NCBI GenBank assembly: GCA_030264375.1
Contig: JASCQW010000160.1
Location: 17,351,920-17,415,919, forward strand
Source of the DNA: Carcharhinus longimanus
Taxonomy: Eukaryota
Direction of reading: 5' to 3'
DNA length: 64,000 nt
Shown here: positions 12,534 to 25,139 of the stretch, piece by piece
Layout: the number at the start of each line of letters is the position of its first letter
Numbering within the stretch: position 1 is the first letter of the stretch
The notes under the pieces: generated by a model
Database searches by the model: none
What the model was told of the DNA's origin: nothing
Seen by the model: only the letters and a program-made list of their open reading frames with translations
Translations under genes and position numbers: made by a program

Positions 12534-12670
12534 GGGCCAGAATTTTCTGGCTGTTCATGCCCCATTGCCACAAAAGTGAGGACAGAGAATTTGGCGCTCA
12601 GCTAAATCTTAGTTCACTACAGCAGGACCAGAAAATCCCGCCAGCGTGAATGGCCGGAAAATTCCGGTCC
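12534..12670. mobile_element. Palindromic MITE (ttcactgcagcggga core)
   Basis: gggccagaattttctgg..ccggaaaattccggtcc termini. Similar to 43995 and 44770. Confidence 0.75.
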
Positions 12671-13944
12671 GTGGTGTTTAAATCAGCAACATTGGCAACA
12701 AATAGAAAAATAAAATAAGTAATGATTTTATATTTCTGGAATCAAATGGAATACAAGCAACAGAAAAATATCTTTTTCCTCTTCTCTCTAGTATGTACAA
12801 CTAATGCTCATCAGTCGCTGTGCAGCATAATGGATTCTCCACGAACACGGTTCAATAGCTGGAAAAGTGGTTTCTGGCAACTACTATTATGTGCCTGTCA
12901 CCAGCAACCTAAACGTGCAAGATTTTTTCTCTTTATCCAGTTCAATCGGGAACGGAAGCAGACACTACCAGATATGATCTCAGATAGCTTTTCTGCATTA
13001 TCTTGAAGAAATGGACGATAAATGTAAATGATATGAATGCATTGTTTTCTGCTACAGTTCTTTACATACTTCAACTGATTAATCCCCCATTGCTAATGAT
13101 TCCCTTCCCCACTTGAGCCAACCACTCGTTTTCAAACCCCACCACCCCCCCTTCACCCCTGCCCTACGTGTCTTTTTACTTCCCCAAGTGAGCAGCTCAA
13201 CTGTCCCTAAGCATTGCCCACACTCTATCCTTTCATGCCCTACAGAATCAGGGCACAAAGTGACCATTAATTCCATCCTCTCCCCACGCCTTTAATAATC
13301 TTCTGTACGCCACAGCCTTTTCAAATTGGACAGGGTAACAATCAGAACCTGGGAACATGTGCATGAAATATTAGTTCTCCAGAAACGACAACTCGTAAGT
13401 TCCAGCCTAATGTCGTCAAGGCAACATCCCCAGTGTGCTGCCACTGATTGACTCACTGATCGCCCCGTACAGAAAGGTTTCTGCACAGTAAATACATTTA
13501 TTTTCCCGAAGGCCTAAATTTGACACGAGAGATGAGAAGGCAAGTGGTGTTTGCTGAGCAAAGGACAGTTTCCACGGGAATCATTCCCAAGGGATAAACA
13601 TCATTCAACACACACATTCCTTCAGAATTTATCTGAATGTGCATCTGAGACAATTTTTTTTTCACTAATGAACAGCAAACAGCACTGATTCTCCTCACAC
13701 AATTCATGTTGAAGATAAAGGAGGTCTGAATATGCTATCAAAGAACATATAACATTCAGTTGCGGTGCTTCCTGTGGAGTGATTTGCTTATGACACGATG
13801 GTTAATATTGTGTTTGAATAGGATTCAAGGACGAAATGACCTCAAAATGTCACGACGTGCTGCATGAAGGAGGAAGCATTAGATGTGACCCTTTCCTTTG
13901 ATCAACTCAAATATTCAACTGATGCAAGTTAGTTATTAAATTAG

Positions 13945-14211
13945 TTAGAAAGATTTAAAAGGGAGCCGAGGGCAACTTCATGCAGAGGGTGGTGTATATG
14001 TGAAATGAGCCGCCAGAGAAAGTGGTTGAGGCAGGTACAACAACAACATTTAAAAAGCATTTGGATAAGTACATGGATGGGGAAGGATTAGAGGGATATG
14101 GGCCAAACGTAGATAATTGGGACTAGCTGGGAAGGCAACATGGTTGGCATGGACCAGTTGGGCCAAAGAGCCTGTTTCCTTGCTGTATTATTCTATGACT
14201 CTATGATTCTA
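13945..14211 (+). mobile_element. CR1 LINE 3' end with (ttctatga)n tail
   Basis: cagagggtggtg..acatttaaaaagcatttggataagtacatggat..tgggccaaagagcctgtttcc..ttctatgactctatgattcta. Confidence 0.85.
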
Positions 14212-14556
14212 GTAACTGATTAAACATAAAATGAAAATTGTGTAGTTTCTATAATAGAAGGCCAATCTGCATTGTTACACCCAAGTGGCATTGATAATTT
14301 ACCCAATCACTCCTTGCCTAATACAAGGTGAAATTCCTCTTCCAAAGAAAAGCATGAATTCCCTGCTCCTTGTAGTTAATGGCCCACTGATAATTCATGT
14401 GAATTATGGTCTTTTAAAGTGTGAGAATTAAATGTTCCTGGGTGGTCATTAACAGTTATTAATTAGGTTTCTGTTAAACAATATTCCTAGATTGGTGAAA
14501 CTTACGTGAAATTGCATGAACTGCCTACAGAACATTAAGTAGAAACAGAAAGGGAA

Positions 14557-14665
14557 GCCATGATTTTCCAGTCTTGCAGTGACAGGTTTCTGATCCATTC
14601 AAATATCCATTGACTTCGGTGAGATTGGAACGTCCCGCTGATCACTGGGGCCAGAAGATCCCTCC
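14557..14665. mobile_element. Degenerate palindromic MITE
   Basis: gccatgattttcc..ccattgacttcggtgagattggaacgtcccgctg..aagatcc. Similar to 38184-38306. Confidence 0.5.
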
Positions 14666-15354
14666 TGGAAGTTTTAAAACAATTATTTCATGGGATGTGG
14701 GCATATTTGGAAAGGCCAACCAACACTTGTTGTCCATCCCTAGTTGTTCGTGTGAAGATGGTGAGTTAAGGTCTGGTAAAATCAAAGGACTGCCTAATTG
14801 AGAGCTCCTATGTATGCTTAACCCTGTTTGCTTCGGTTTATGCAAATACTTCACTTATGCAAAGGCTTCATTTTAAGATATTTCTGCCCAAGCAACTAAC
14901 TCTAAGCTTAAAGGATTGACTATACTCTAAAACTCAGAAGGCTAAAGGTTAGTTGAAAATTGACTGCATTCCCGAAAGAAAACAATTCAAGCAAACAACC
15001 ACAACTGTTCTTTTCTAGACAGAGACAGACTGTGAAAAACACTTCTGATAACAGGATAAGAATTGACATATAGTTTGGAACTGTGTATTCAGTTTTCAGT
15101 TTGTTTTCAAGATCCTGTTCCACTCAGTTCTCAGATTTTACTCTTTTTAAGTACAGGTTTTTGTACAGGACCTGGCTGTGAAGCCAGTTTTGAAGTTCAC
15201 TCTCTTCTCATTTCTATTACATTAATTGTTTTTTAAGTTTTGTTCAATAAAAGAAGCCATTTTAAAACCCATACCACGTGCTGTCCCCTCATCTATTCGA
15301 ACAAGTGAATGGACCCTACACCAATACTTTGTAAAATGTCACATGACTTGTCGA

Positions 15355-15531
15355 ATGAAGGTTAGGTGGATTGGCCATGCTAACTTGCCCTTTACTGTCC
15401 CAAGATGTGTAGGTTAGATGGATTAGCCATGGTAAATGTGTGGGGTTGCAGGGATAGGACGGGGGATGGGTCTGGGTAAGATACTGTATCAGGGTTGGTG
15501 TAGACTTGATGGGCTGTAGGGATTCTATGAT
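15355..15531 (+). mobile_element. 5'-truncated HE1-like SINE
   Basis: ggttaggtggattggccatgctaa..cccaagatgtgtaggttag..tgtagggattctatgat. Confidence 0.8.
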
Positions 15532-15879
15532 ACTTACAGACCATCATCACCAAATCAATGGCTATCTCAGTGAAAAAGAAACCTCGGCTGGATGGCATTT
15601 AAAATTTTGGATAAACCCAAAGATTTTTTTGCGGGTGTAAGGTGAAATGAATGAGGAAACAATACAGCATGGAGAACAAAAGGACAAAGTAATGGCATGA
15701 GAAAGAAGAAAGGAGGTAGCGGCAAGAGATTCTGATGAAATGTTTCTTGATAGTTGTTGCAGAGACAAATGTGACTTGAGGTCAAGGATAAGTAAATGTA
15801 TTTACTATTTTTATAGATTATCAGGATGGCAAGAGTGCATAACCAGGTATTACTTTGCAGATCTCAGAGATCCATAAAA

Positions 15880-16110
15880 AAGGCCAGAACATTAATCATG
15901 GGGATGTCAATCACTTTGAGATTGAATGGGAAACAGAGGAAATGCTAAGGGGTAGTACTTTTTTTAGGGGGATTTCAAACTCTGATTTCTTTCTCTGTTT
16001 AACAGCTTTTTGGGTCAGAGGCCGTTCTTTAATAATAATAGTTATAGTATGGAAGATAGAAATAAGGGAGAATCTAGGATTCAGTGATCATAACACAATT
16101 TGAGCTGAAA
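15880..16110 (+). mobile_element. Highly decayed CR1 AP-endonuclease fragment
   Basis: Frame 15855-16103 ends in ENLGFSDHNTI (APE LGxSDH motif). An upstream atcatgggggat resembles the MGDFN motif. Confidence 0.5.
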
Positions 16111-16604
16111 AGTTTGTGAGGATACTAAAAAAGAACATGGCTCAGATTCTGCATTAAGCACAATGGTGAAGTGAACAGCACCCACTGTAATTATGAGGTA
16201 AATTGGACAACAATTTCCGGAGTCTACACATGCATAGTTGAATGCAAAGATTTGGAATTTGCTGTCCGAGTTAAAATATTCCACTGTAGACTGTGCTATA
16301 ACAGTAACTTGCTGATAGACTTGGCATTTAAAATCAATGAAAGGGTGTGAAGTTATGATAATTATCCAAGAAAAAGCCAGAAAATGTTAGATGGTACAGT
16401 TAGGTAGTTATCAGTCATAGTTACTGCCAAACAACTTTGTTGGCATTGAAAATTTAATTTTTAGAAGTGTGGAATCACAATCCTTCAGAATATAATTAAT
16501 CTTTATCTTTGTCTCTTTTACTCCCTCTCATAATTTCATTCCTTCTCTTTATTTTTTCTGGACATGATTTAAATCAAATTTATTCTTCCTGGCTTAGACT
16601 CTGC

Positions 16605-17343
16605 AGGGGCGAACTTGCGAAATAAAGTCCAAATCCAGGACGAGCGTGAAAACGGGAGAGTTTCTGATCCAATTTTTGGGTGAGTGCAAATGTGCTATCT
16701 TATGCACTTAGAGCAAAAAAAAGCCATAAAATCCATTTCTCGCCAGTCAGGGAGGGGGCAGGTCTTAAATCACCCCAATGCTGGTTCAGAGCAGCAGAAG
16801 GCGCCATTGCACATGCACAGGTCCCTGCCGCTCTGAGAACAGCAGAGACCTGTCACTCAGCCGCTACCTCTCTCAGCCAGCCTCCGTGGCCTAAAGCAGG
16901 CCCCCTCCACCCATCCCCCCCACTCCCCCTCCCACCAAGCTACTGTGGAGGCCCATGGCCTATCGCAATCCCGCTGGCCAGACCAATTGACTCCTGTTAC
17001 CTTCCCCACCTGCCTGGACCGATCCCCCTGCCCTTCTCCCATCGTTCGTAACTGCAGCGTGGCAGCAGCCCTCACCTCTCCTGCCCCCCTCCCCCCACCC
17101 ATGATCTCTAATGCAGAGTACGCACAGACTCTGCAGAGGGTGGCACAGGGGGTGACAGCTGCGGGTCCAGATGTAAATAATTCATTCAGCCCTGTGCAGG
17201 AAATGGGCGTGAGACAAACTGACCTCACTGGATATCCACTGCTGGTAAGATCATGAGAGGTGATAAGTCGGGTGTGAACCTGATTTCTTGGTTCTCGGGT
17301 GATCTTACCAGCTCACCGCAGCCGACGTGGTAAGATCACTCCC
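16605..17343. mobile_element. GC-rich non-autonomous DNA transposon, Harbinger/PIF-like
   Basis: Imperfect TIR (ggggcgaacttgc / gtaagatcactccc) and candidate 3-bp TSD tgc (16602-16604 and 17344-17346). It is inserted into the older repeat shared with 9229-10010. Confidence 0.55.
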
Positions 17344-18067
17344 TGCGTGTCTTAGTGAGCATTCTTCAATCTGATGGGTGGAAGAGTCTCGCTGTCACTT
17401 GCCCTGGTTATACACATTGTTGATTCAGAGGACATCATGCTGGATCTGAGGCTGGATTAGAGCAAGTCTTGTGATCAAAGGCCAATGCAAACTCTGTGGG
17501 CAGCTGTCAGTGCGACGAACAGCGAGCATCAATCCTCCACCACTCATTCTGAAATCTAATTCCTTGACACAAAGGGCTGACTTTAATGGCCTTGTCACGG
17601 AGGGGTTGGAACATGCGGCGAGCCACTCAGAACTCCATTGACATTGGTTGGAGTGGAAAACCCTATTGGCAGAAAAGCTCACCAAAATGTTGGACATTAA
17701 AAGGACAGAATATAGAGGACCAACATTGAAGTTTTAAAATCAGTTAACTGGAACACAGTGATAGTTGCCATCCAAATAATTTTTCAGTTTGTGGTGTGAA
17801 ATTGGGTCTTTCTATGAATGCCCAGTTGGATTGCTTATTGCGTAGAAAGTGAATGTTGAAAAGGGAAAATTAGTTGTGACTAATTTAAAACAAGTGAAAA
17901 TATACTGCACCGCAACATGATTCTATGGGACTGCAAGGAACAGAAGGCATTCAAAATGTACAGTGATAACTGGCCAGTTAAAAAATATGCAAATGTAGTA
18001 AGATCAACCTTTATAAATAGTGTAATGAAGACTCACAATGAAGAGAAATGATAAAAAGCGTTAGTCC

Positions 18068-18700
18068 AAAGAACAAAGTACAATACAGCACAGGAACAGG
18101 CCTTTCAGCCCACCAAGCCTGTGCTGATACATGGTTTCTATCCCTCTGCCTCCCATTCATGTGTGTATCAAGACATGCCCTGAACATTGCTAACATGCCT
18201 GCTTCCTTCACTGGCAGTACGTTCCAGGTACCCATCCCCCTCTGTGTGAAAAACTTTTTCTGCATGTCTACCCTAAACTTGCCACCTCTCCCTATAAACC
18301 TGTGCCCTCTCCTTTCCACCCTGGAAAAAAGCCTTTGACTCTCCACCCCATCTATGTCTCTCGTAATTTTGTAGACCTCTATCAGGTCTCCTCTCAGCCT
18401 CCCTCTTCCCAGTGAAAATAATCTGAGTTTATCCAACCTCTCCTTATACCTAAAACCCTCCAGACCAGGCAACATCCTGGTAAACCTTTTTTGCACTTTC
18501 TCCAAAGCATCCACATCCTCCTGGTAGTGTGGCAAACAGAACTGAACACAATATTCCAAATGAACTCTAAGCTGTAACATAACTAGCTAACTTTTATATT
18601 TGATGCTCCGGGCTGATGAAGGCAAGCATGCTTATACCCTCTTGACCATCTTATCCACCTATGTTACCAATTTCAGGGATCATTGGCTCTGTATGCCCAG
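18068..18700 (-). mobile_element. CR1 LINE ORF2 3' end
   Basis: ORF 18011-18580 reads HLEYCVQF..DVDALEKVQKRFTRMLPGLEG..ERLDKLRLFSL..RLRGDLIEVYKI..FFTQR, a canonical CR1 C-terminus. Confidence 0.92.
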
Positions 18701-19057
18701 ACCCACTTAAAAAAATGTGGTGAGAAGCTGGTATCAGCAATTAAAATGTCAGATGAGTTGCATCACGTTTTCTTTTAATTAGGAAGAGAAGGAAAACTTG
18801 CCTGATTGAATCTTGGTATAAATTTTACAATTCATTGCTCCTGGTACAGTAGCCTCTTGGAACAGGCGTGCAATTCACAGTTGTGACACTGGAGCTCAGC
18901 AGACTTCTATTTCCGGAATCAAGAAATGTGCTTCCGTAATCTGAAGTCCGACGCTAGTATCACCAAATATCTCACTGCGCAATTCTGGTTGCCCAATTCA
19001 ATGAAAAATATTTCAATCCTTGAGAGGTGGACAGCTGAGTGAGAATTGATTCCCACG

Positions 19058-19195
19058 GGGCTGGATTTTCCGGTCATATTTGCCCCAAAGCTGGAAATTC
19101 CCGCCCGAGATCAATGGACCTTTGCATGGTCTGCAGAATTTTCTGTCCAGTCCAGTATGATTCCCGTAGTGGGCAGGACGGAAAAATTTTGCCCC
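19058..19195. mobile_element. Palindromic MITE
   Basis: ggggctggattttccg..tcaatggacctttgcatggtc..cggaaaaattttgcccc. Confidence 0.75.
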
Positions 19196-19244
19196 AAATG
19201 TCAAAAACTTTTCTTTGAACGGGGAACCGATGGCGATTTAATTT

Positions 19245-19677
19245 ATGTTTAAGACCGAGCATTTGTACCAACTGACTCAAGAACAGCTTCTGCCCTGTTG
19301 CCATCAGACTTTTGAATGGATCTACCTTATATTAANNNNNNNNNNNNNNNNNNNNNNNNNNNNNNNNNNNNNNNNNNNNNNNNNNNNNNNNNNNNNNNNN
19401 NNNNNNNNNNNNNNNNNNNNNNNNNNNNNNNNNNNTGTACCAACTGAATCAAGAACAGCTTCTGCCCTGTTTCCATCAGACTTTTGAATGGATCTACCTT
19501 ATATTAAGTTGACTTTTCTATGACTGCAACACTATACTCCGCATCCTCTCCTTTCCTTCTCCCCTATATACTCTATGAACAGTATGCTTTGTCTGTACAG
19601 CACGCAATAAACAATACTTTTCACTGTATACTAATACATGTGACAATAATAAATCAAATCAAATTGAATCAAATCAA
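19245..19677 (+). mobile_element. Rex1/Babar-type LINE 3' end spanning a gap
   Basis: ctcaagaacagcttc..gccatcagacttttgaatgga..aacaatacttttcactgtatactaatacatgtgacaataataaatcaaatcaaat. It is the reverse-complement match of 36050-36260. Confidence 0.8.
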
Positions 19678-19744
19678 AGATTCTGAAACAGCCAACGTGA
19701 TCTCAGAAAATTACTCATTGGCATAAAGGATTCAAAAAATGACA

Positions 19745-20000
19745 TAGTTTTAAAAAGTAGTACTCATATGGGAGTAAGGCGGGGGTAGTTTGGAGGAACA
19801 CTTTCATCCTAAGAACAATAGCATTCTAAGACCAATTACCAAATAAGGATATTAAAGTGGACAGTATAATTGAAGTTGAGAATTATGTGTAATTCTGGGT
19901 GGAGAAGGAATTAAGTGTTACAGAGGTTAGATGGGTTGATCAGTGAAAAAGGTAGGAGACTGTGAGCCTAGTGGTCTTTTTGTCTTTCAAACAGTTCTTT
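19745..20000 (+). mobile_element. Very degenerate CR1 3' fragment
   Basis: Residual tttaaaa..ggggtag..aggaacactttc..ggaattaagtgtta..tgagcctagtggtctttttgtc pattern of CR1 3' ends. Confidence 0.4.
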
Positions 20001-20559
20001 AGTCCCACACAAGGACCTCATGGCCAAGGAACGTGCATTCATAATGTGGCCAAACAGTCTTGGTATCAACCTACAAATACTTCCAACACATACCAACGGT
20101 AGTAAGTGTGGTAAGATTCTGGGAGGAATCCTGGTCATCCATGTGATGAAAAAGAAAGTTGGAGTCTTTACCATTACTATCCATAGCTCCAGAATACCTG
20201 CATGTTAAAATGCATGTTGCCACAGCAACTCGGACTCCCTGAATGAAGGGTAACAGCATCACCATTACTACAGTTATCTTAATTAAAGAGGATACTGAGA
20301 TAATTTCTGGTAACCTAGTGCTGCCTTTTATAGTTCCCAAGTGGTTCACATTGACTCCTTATTTTGTGCAATATTTGTATACAGCTAGTCAGCATGCACT
20401 GACTATTCCAAAAGTCCATCAAAACTCAGGCCTCTTCGGTTTATTGCCACTATGGATTCTGCAGGCACATACATGCTTGCTTTTCCATGGTCCTACTTTG
20501 ACCAGATGGGTACAACATACGCTGGCCTATGCAGCTGAGAATAAAATATTCGAAATGTG

Positions 20560-21000
20560 ATAGGAGTCTGACAGGAACAGGAATGGGCCACACCAACCCT
20601 TGAGCCTGTTTCACCATTTCATTAGACCATCTCTCATCTGTCACAACTCATGTCACTCGCTTTTATCCCATAGCCTTGATCCCCAGCAAAAAAAAACTAC
20701 TGATCCATATCTTGAAAATTTCGATTGAATCATTCACAGTCTTCAGCTGACCAAGTTCCATCAGCTTGTGTAAGAAACATAGTTCCTGATATCAATCTAG
20801 AATGGCCCATAATTTTTAAGATCACACCTTCATGTCATGGATGACCCCCAGTGGAAATAGTCCATATTTTTACCCTATTGACTCCTTTAATCATGTTAAA
20901 TACCTTGATTGGATCATCCTTCAACCTTCTAAATGTAAGGAACCTCAAACCAAGTGTATGCAACCTCTCCTCATAATTTAAATCTTGAAGCCCTGACATA
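20560..21000 (-). mobile_element. Degenerate CR1 3' fragment
   Basis: ORF 20835-21032 reads GLQDLNYEERLHTLGLRFLTFRRLKDDPIKVFNMIKGVNRV. Confidence 0.75.
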
Positions 21001-21004
21001 ATCA

Positions 21005-21345
21005 GGCAGCATGGTGGCACAGTGGTTGGCATTGTTGCTTCACAGATTCAAACCAGTTCAATTCTGGCCCTGGGTGACTATCTATGTGGAGTTTGCATGT
21101 TCTTCTTCTGTCTACATGGGTTTCCTTGGGCGCTCCAGTTTCCTCCCACAGTCCAAAGATGTGTGGGTTAGGTGGATTGGCCCTTTAGTGTCCCAAGATG
21201 TGAGGTTAGATAGAATTAACCACTGTAAATGTGTGGGATTATAGTGCGAGGGCAGGGGAGAGGGCCTGGGTAAGATTTCTATCAGAGACTCAATGGGTTG
21301 AATGGCTGCTTCTGCACTGTAGGGATTCTGTGATCCTTCTATGAT
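21005..21345 (+). mobile_element. HE1-like V-SINE
   Basis: ggcagcatggtggcacagtggtt head, ccagtttcctcccacagtccaaagatgtg V-domain, and ttctgcactgtagggattct tail. Confidence 0.85.
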
Positions 21346-21449
21346 AATTCTAATGACAATCTATGTTGTATCCCTACATCATTCCCTTGGTTTTTATTCT
21401 CTTGAGTTTAGAAGGTTGGCCGGAGAGGTCTAATTAAGGTAGTGGTATC

Positions 21450-24400
21450 CTCTGCTTTTATAATATTACACTGTGTGTTTATTGCAAATGTTTCTCATTT
21501 TGGAACTCCTCCATTAATTTTAGCAAGTTGACTGCATGTTGAACAAGAAATGCCAATCACCTTGAAAAATTCTCTTCTACACTTCATTCCCTAAGTCCCA
21601 CCTCAACAAATACATCCCAAAGCTTTACCATGCAGCAGAATCATCCAACTAAACAACAACTATCTTAATATCCTACAGTTTATTTCCTTTATACATTTTT
21701 TTCTAGGCTAATTTCTCTCTCATGTTCCTCTACTTCTCTTCAAAGTATACTTGACTTCCGAGCTGCATGCATCATTAATAAAGTATCTGTAAAAATGAAC
21801 ATCTCAGTATGTGAAGATTTTTTCTACAAAGAGAGAATATCCCTATCCAACATTTGCGTGGCAGATGCCACACTTATTATACATTGCTATAAATATATTT
21901 CTCAATTTCAATAACTTTTCTGAATAAGCATGTTTGTCTTTAAAAATGTTTCCACATTAAGCCAAAAAAAATTAAATACAGAGCAGTGATTATTCAAGTC
22001 TTTTGACACTGGGGTGTACTGATTACTTATTAAATGGTATGACAGAAAGGTCGGTTTTAATTGTTCAAAGATTTCTTTGAAAAATATTGCAGCATATCAT
22101 GAATGGAATGCTCATGCGATCTAGTATCCACTGATAACTATTTTATACGATATTTCATTCATATCGTACATATTGATGTTAAAGCGATCTCTGATGGATT
22201 CAAACAAGTGCTGTCTGTAGAGCAACAGCAGTGTGAACCAAGACAAAGGTGAGAGTCATATTCCCACACAGATAAATCAGTGCAGGCTATTTGTTGGATA
22301 TCCCATCAAAGACACTGAGTTGTGGCAGTTCTTTCGCAATTGGGCCACTCCCATGAGCCTATCATTCAAATCTGTCCTCGCCAGATTGCAAGGGTACCAA
22401 TGCAGCATCAACCATCATTTCCAAGACTGTTTAATTTTACGATGTGAGTGGGCTTTTGCACTGTCACACACAAATTGCAAGATCTGATCATAATCTATTA
22501 GCAAAAGTTATATGACTTAGTATCAAATGGTTGCAAAATAGCAATCACATTGGCCAATCATTGTTAAGCAATTTTTGTTACAGGTGGAAGTTCCTTTTCA
22601 CTGAGCATCGTTTAGGGATTTTGCTAAAATTCTGCTGGGATTTAGTTTGATGCACATTTTATTCATGCTGAAATTTGATTCACACATGAAAAGAGGCAGA
22701 TTGCAGATACCTGCAGCTGTCTCTTGAGAAAAATTTAGAGGTCATTGTGCATTAACAACATTGCATATTCCTAAAGTTCATTAAAAGGGTATTGGCGGGG
22801 GAAGGGGGGAAGAAAGTGAAATCTGGCTACTGTAATTATATTTCATATTAATGCCTCCACCCCTCTCTCTCTCATTTCACTTTCTCCTAAGTATTTAAAT
22901 ATAAAAACTGCTAACGCTGAATGTGCTCTAGTTGCTAGTTTATTAAATGCTCTATTTACTGTGATAGTGGAAATATACACTTTTTGTTAATTTATATCTG
23001 AATACTTGGTTAATTTTGCTTTTTGAATATCCAATCAGTTATCAAACTTGCAATATCTACTCAGTTTAAGGCAGTTTAATCATGCAATACTGGATCCATT
23101 TTGATTTTGTTGCGTCCAATCATTTTCCATCAAGTATAATTCAATTGATTCTTTGACTGGATATTGAAAGTCAAATAAGACAACCATGTTATTGGACTAT
23201 GGTTTTCCTACCAACCGGCAGGTATGATTGATGATGACAATAGCCTCAAGTACAGATCATTAGCTGAGCTAATTAAAAATTGAATGCAAATATTCAGATG
23301 GATTATTACTTTCTAATGCACAGAGATTAGTTCTCTTAGTGAATACCAGCTTTGATCTCCACACACGTCACTCGATTAGTGAAGGGACCTGCTATCCCAG
23401 TGATAGTACTCGGTTCCGTGGGTAACAACCTGCTTTATTGCCAGTACGATTGTGTGAAGATTATTTACAGAGCTTTGCAAGTACAGCAAGGGGTGAAAGG
23501 ATGAAATACACCCATTGACAGTCATTGGATTCTGACAACAAACACTACCAAATATGAAATTAAGGAATCTGACTGACATCAGTGAGAAAGCTAATGGGTG
23601 AGTCTGCCACTGAATGCCGGGAAAACCATAATAATTTTAAAAATATGATTGTCAGCTCTGCCTCAGATGGTGTAACAATCTTAACACCATTTTGAACAGG
23701 GTCATCAAATTACTACCTTCACTTGCTTACCTGTATTCAACTGAACGCTCTACAAGGCAGGTCAAGTGTATTTCCAATACTTGGTTATGCACCTTTTAAA
23801 TCTAGTTTGACATATTTATCACATTTGCAACACTTGTGGCACTGAGCAAAAGAGAAAACCACAAGATCGAGAAGTTGAAGCCACCTTGGAGTTGTGTAGC
23901 CTTTAAAATGCAAAATGCCCAATGACAATTTTGTTGATTCCATTATAATGAATGGAGGCCAACAAAACTGGGGCTGGGGCCTATTTCAGTGGAAATAACA
24001 TAAGGGGCAAAAAAAAGGTTTCAACAAACTGCAACAAGCATGTGCCATTCAGTATTAAACTTTCATTCTAAATCTTACTGCATATAAAGTATTACTTCAC
24101 TGTTTCAGATATGCTATACAAAAGCCACAAACTCAGCACCTGACATGGCACCATCTTGNNNNNNNNNNGGAGAGAGGAGAGTGGGAGAGTGAGATGGAGC
24201 ATATGCACCCATAGGAAACTGTGACATCGTAAAGCAGCAAGATCTGTGGAAAGACAACTAACAACTTCACAGTTTCATTTACATGTCATCACTGAGCGAT
24301 CTGTCACACCAACGTTACAAAATTACCTTGGAGGCAACATGACACCACTGATGGGCAGATAATCATTCCCCACGTGTGGTGTGTGTATGTGTGTGTGTGT

Positions 24401-24734
24401 GTCATTATATTGGTGGCGTAAAATTATTACAAACTACATGTTTCTTCACATCATTTTTTTCAAGCACTTAAACTAAGTAGGCTGGCGAAACAAAACACTG
24501 CCACCCTTTAAGTAGACCTTTCAAAGGGGTATATACGAATACGGTGTCGATACTTTTAATTGTGGGGTAGGTAGTTAAGAAAATAGCGCTGCAGCACTGC
24601 TGTTTGCACAACTGAGACCACAAGGCTAACTTCTACCACAGAGTCTGTGCTCAATTTCTTTTGAGCAGAGAAACACATTCTGTACACAGATTTACAAATA
24701 TTGTCAAGTATTTTGTTAAAACTAATCACTATTA
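21450..24734 (-). other. Putative long 3'UTR of the minus-strand gene
   Basis: AT-rich stretch with no recognisable TE, directly downstream of the stop codon. AATAAA occurs on the minus strand near 23434, 22939, 22658 and 21478. The true end is unknown. Confidence 0.45.
24374..24402. repeat. Imperfect (TG)n microsatellite
   Basis: gtgtggtgtgtgtatgtgtgtgtgtgtgt. Confidence 0.85.
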
Positions 24735-24961
24735 CTAGAGCCGTGTTGCCTGCCCATGGTATTCTTCGTGATCCACCTGATCCAGAATAGCCATTTCGTC
24801 CTCAGGCTGGTGTCTGTACTTGTGAAACTCTTCTTTCATGGCAGAAAAATAAGCGTAAGGGTCCTGACGGGAGTGTCTCTTCTTCTTTTGGAGGTAGAGA
24901 ATGCCTTGGGGCTGGAGAACCTGAGATTCACTGGGCTGCTGGACCTGTGAGATTGGAAAAC
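24735..24961 (-). CDS. Terminal coding exon of an unidentified protein; ends ...DQVDHEEYHGQATRL* (class I PDZ-binding motif)
   Basis: Acceptor ccttttatttttgcattag|G. The phase-1 frame is open for 74 codons (FPISQVQQPSESQVLQPQGILYLQKKKRHSRQDPYAYFSAMKEEFHKYRHQPEDEMAILDQVDHEEYHGQATRL), then TAG TAA TAG TGA. The phase matches the exon at 39308-39429. Confidence 0.85.
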
Positions 24962-25139
24962 CTAATGCAAAAATAAAAGGAGAATTTGATTAGATGCCAA
25001 TGAAATATCAACGATACGTATAGTAGGCCTTAACTTCTTCAGATAGGAATTACGCTTGGTGCTACCAATAGTAGTTGGTTGAGAGGCAGCACAAATTGTG
25101 GGAAATAAGTCTACAATACAATACTTTTACTACAGAAAC

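Noticed and set aside
16680-17256. Overlapping Pro/Gly-rich ORFs (also 55148-55889)
   Set aside because: These are by-products of GC-rich non-autonomous transposon interiors, with no domain motifs.
19264-19507. About 70-bp direct repeat on both sides of a 100-N gap
   Set aside because: Near-identical sequence flanking a scaffold gap is most likely an unmerged contig overlap or a haplotype artefact.
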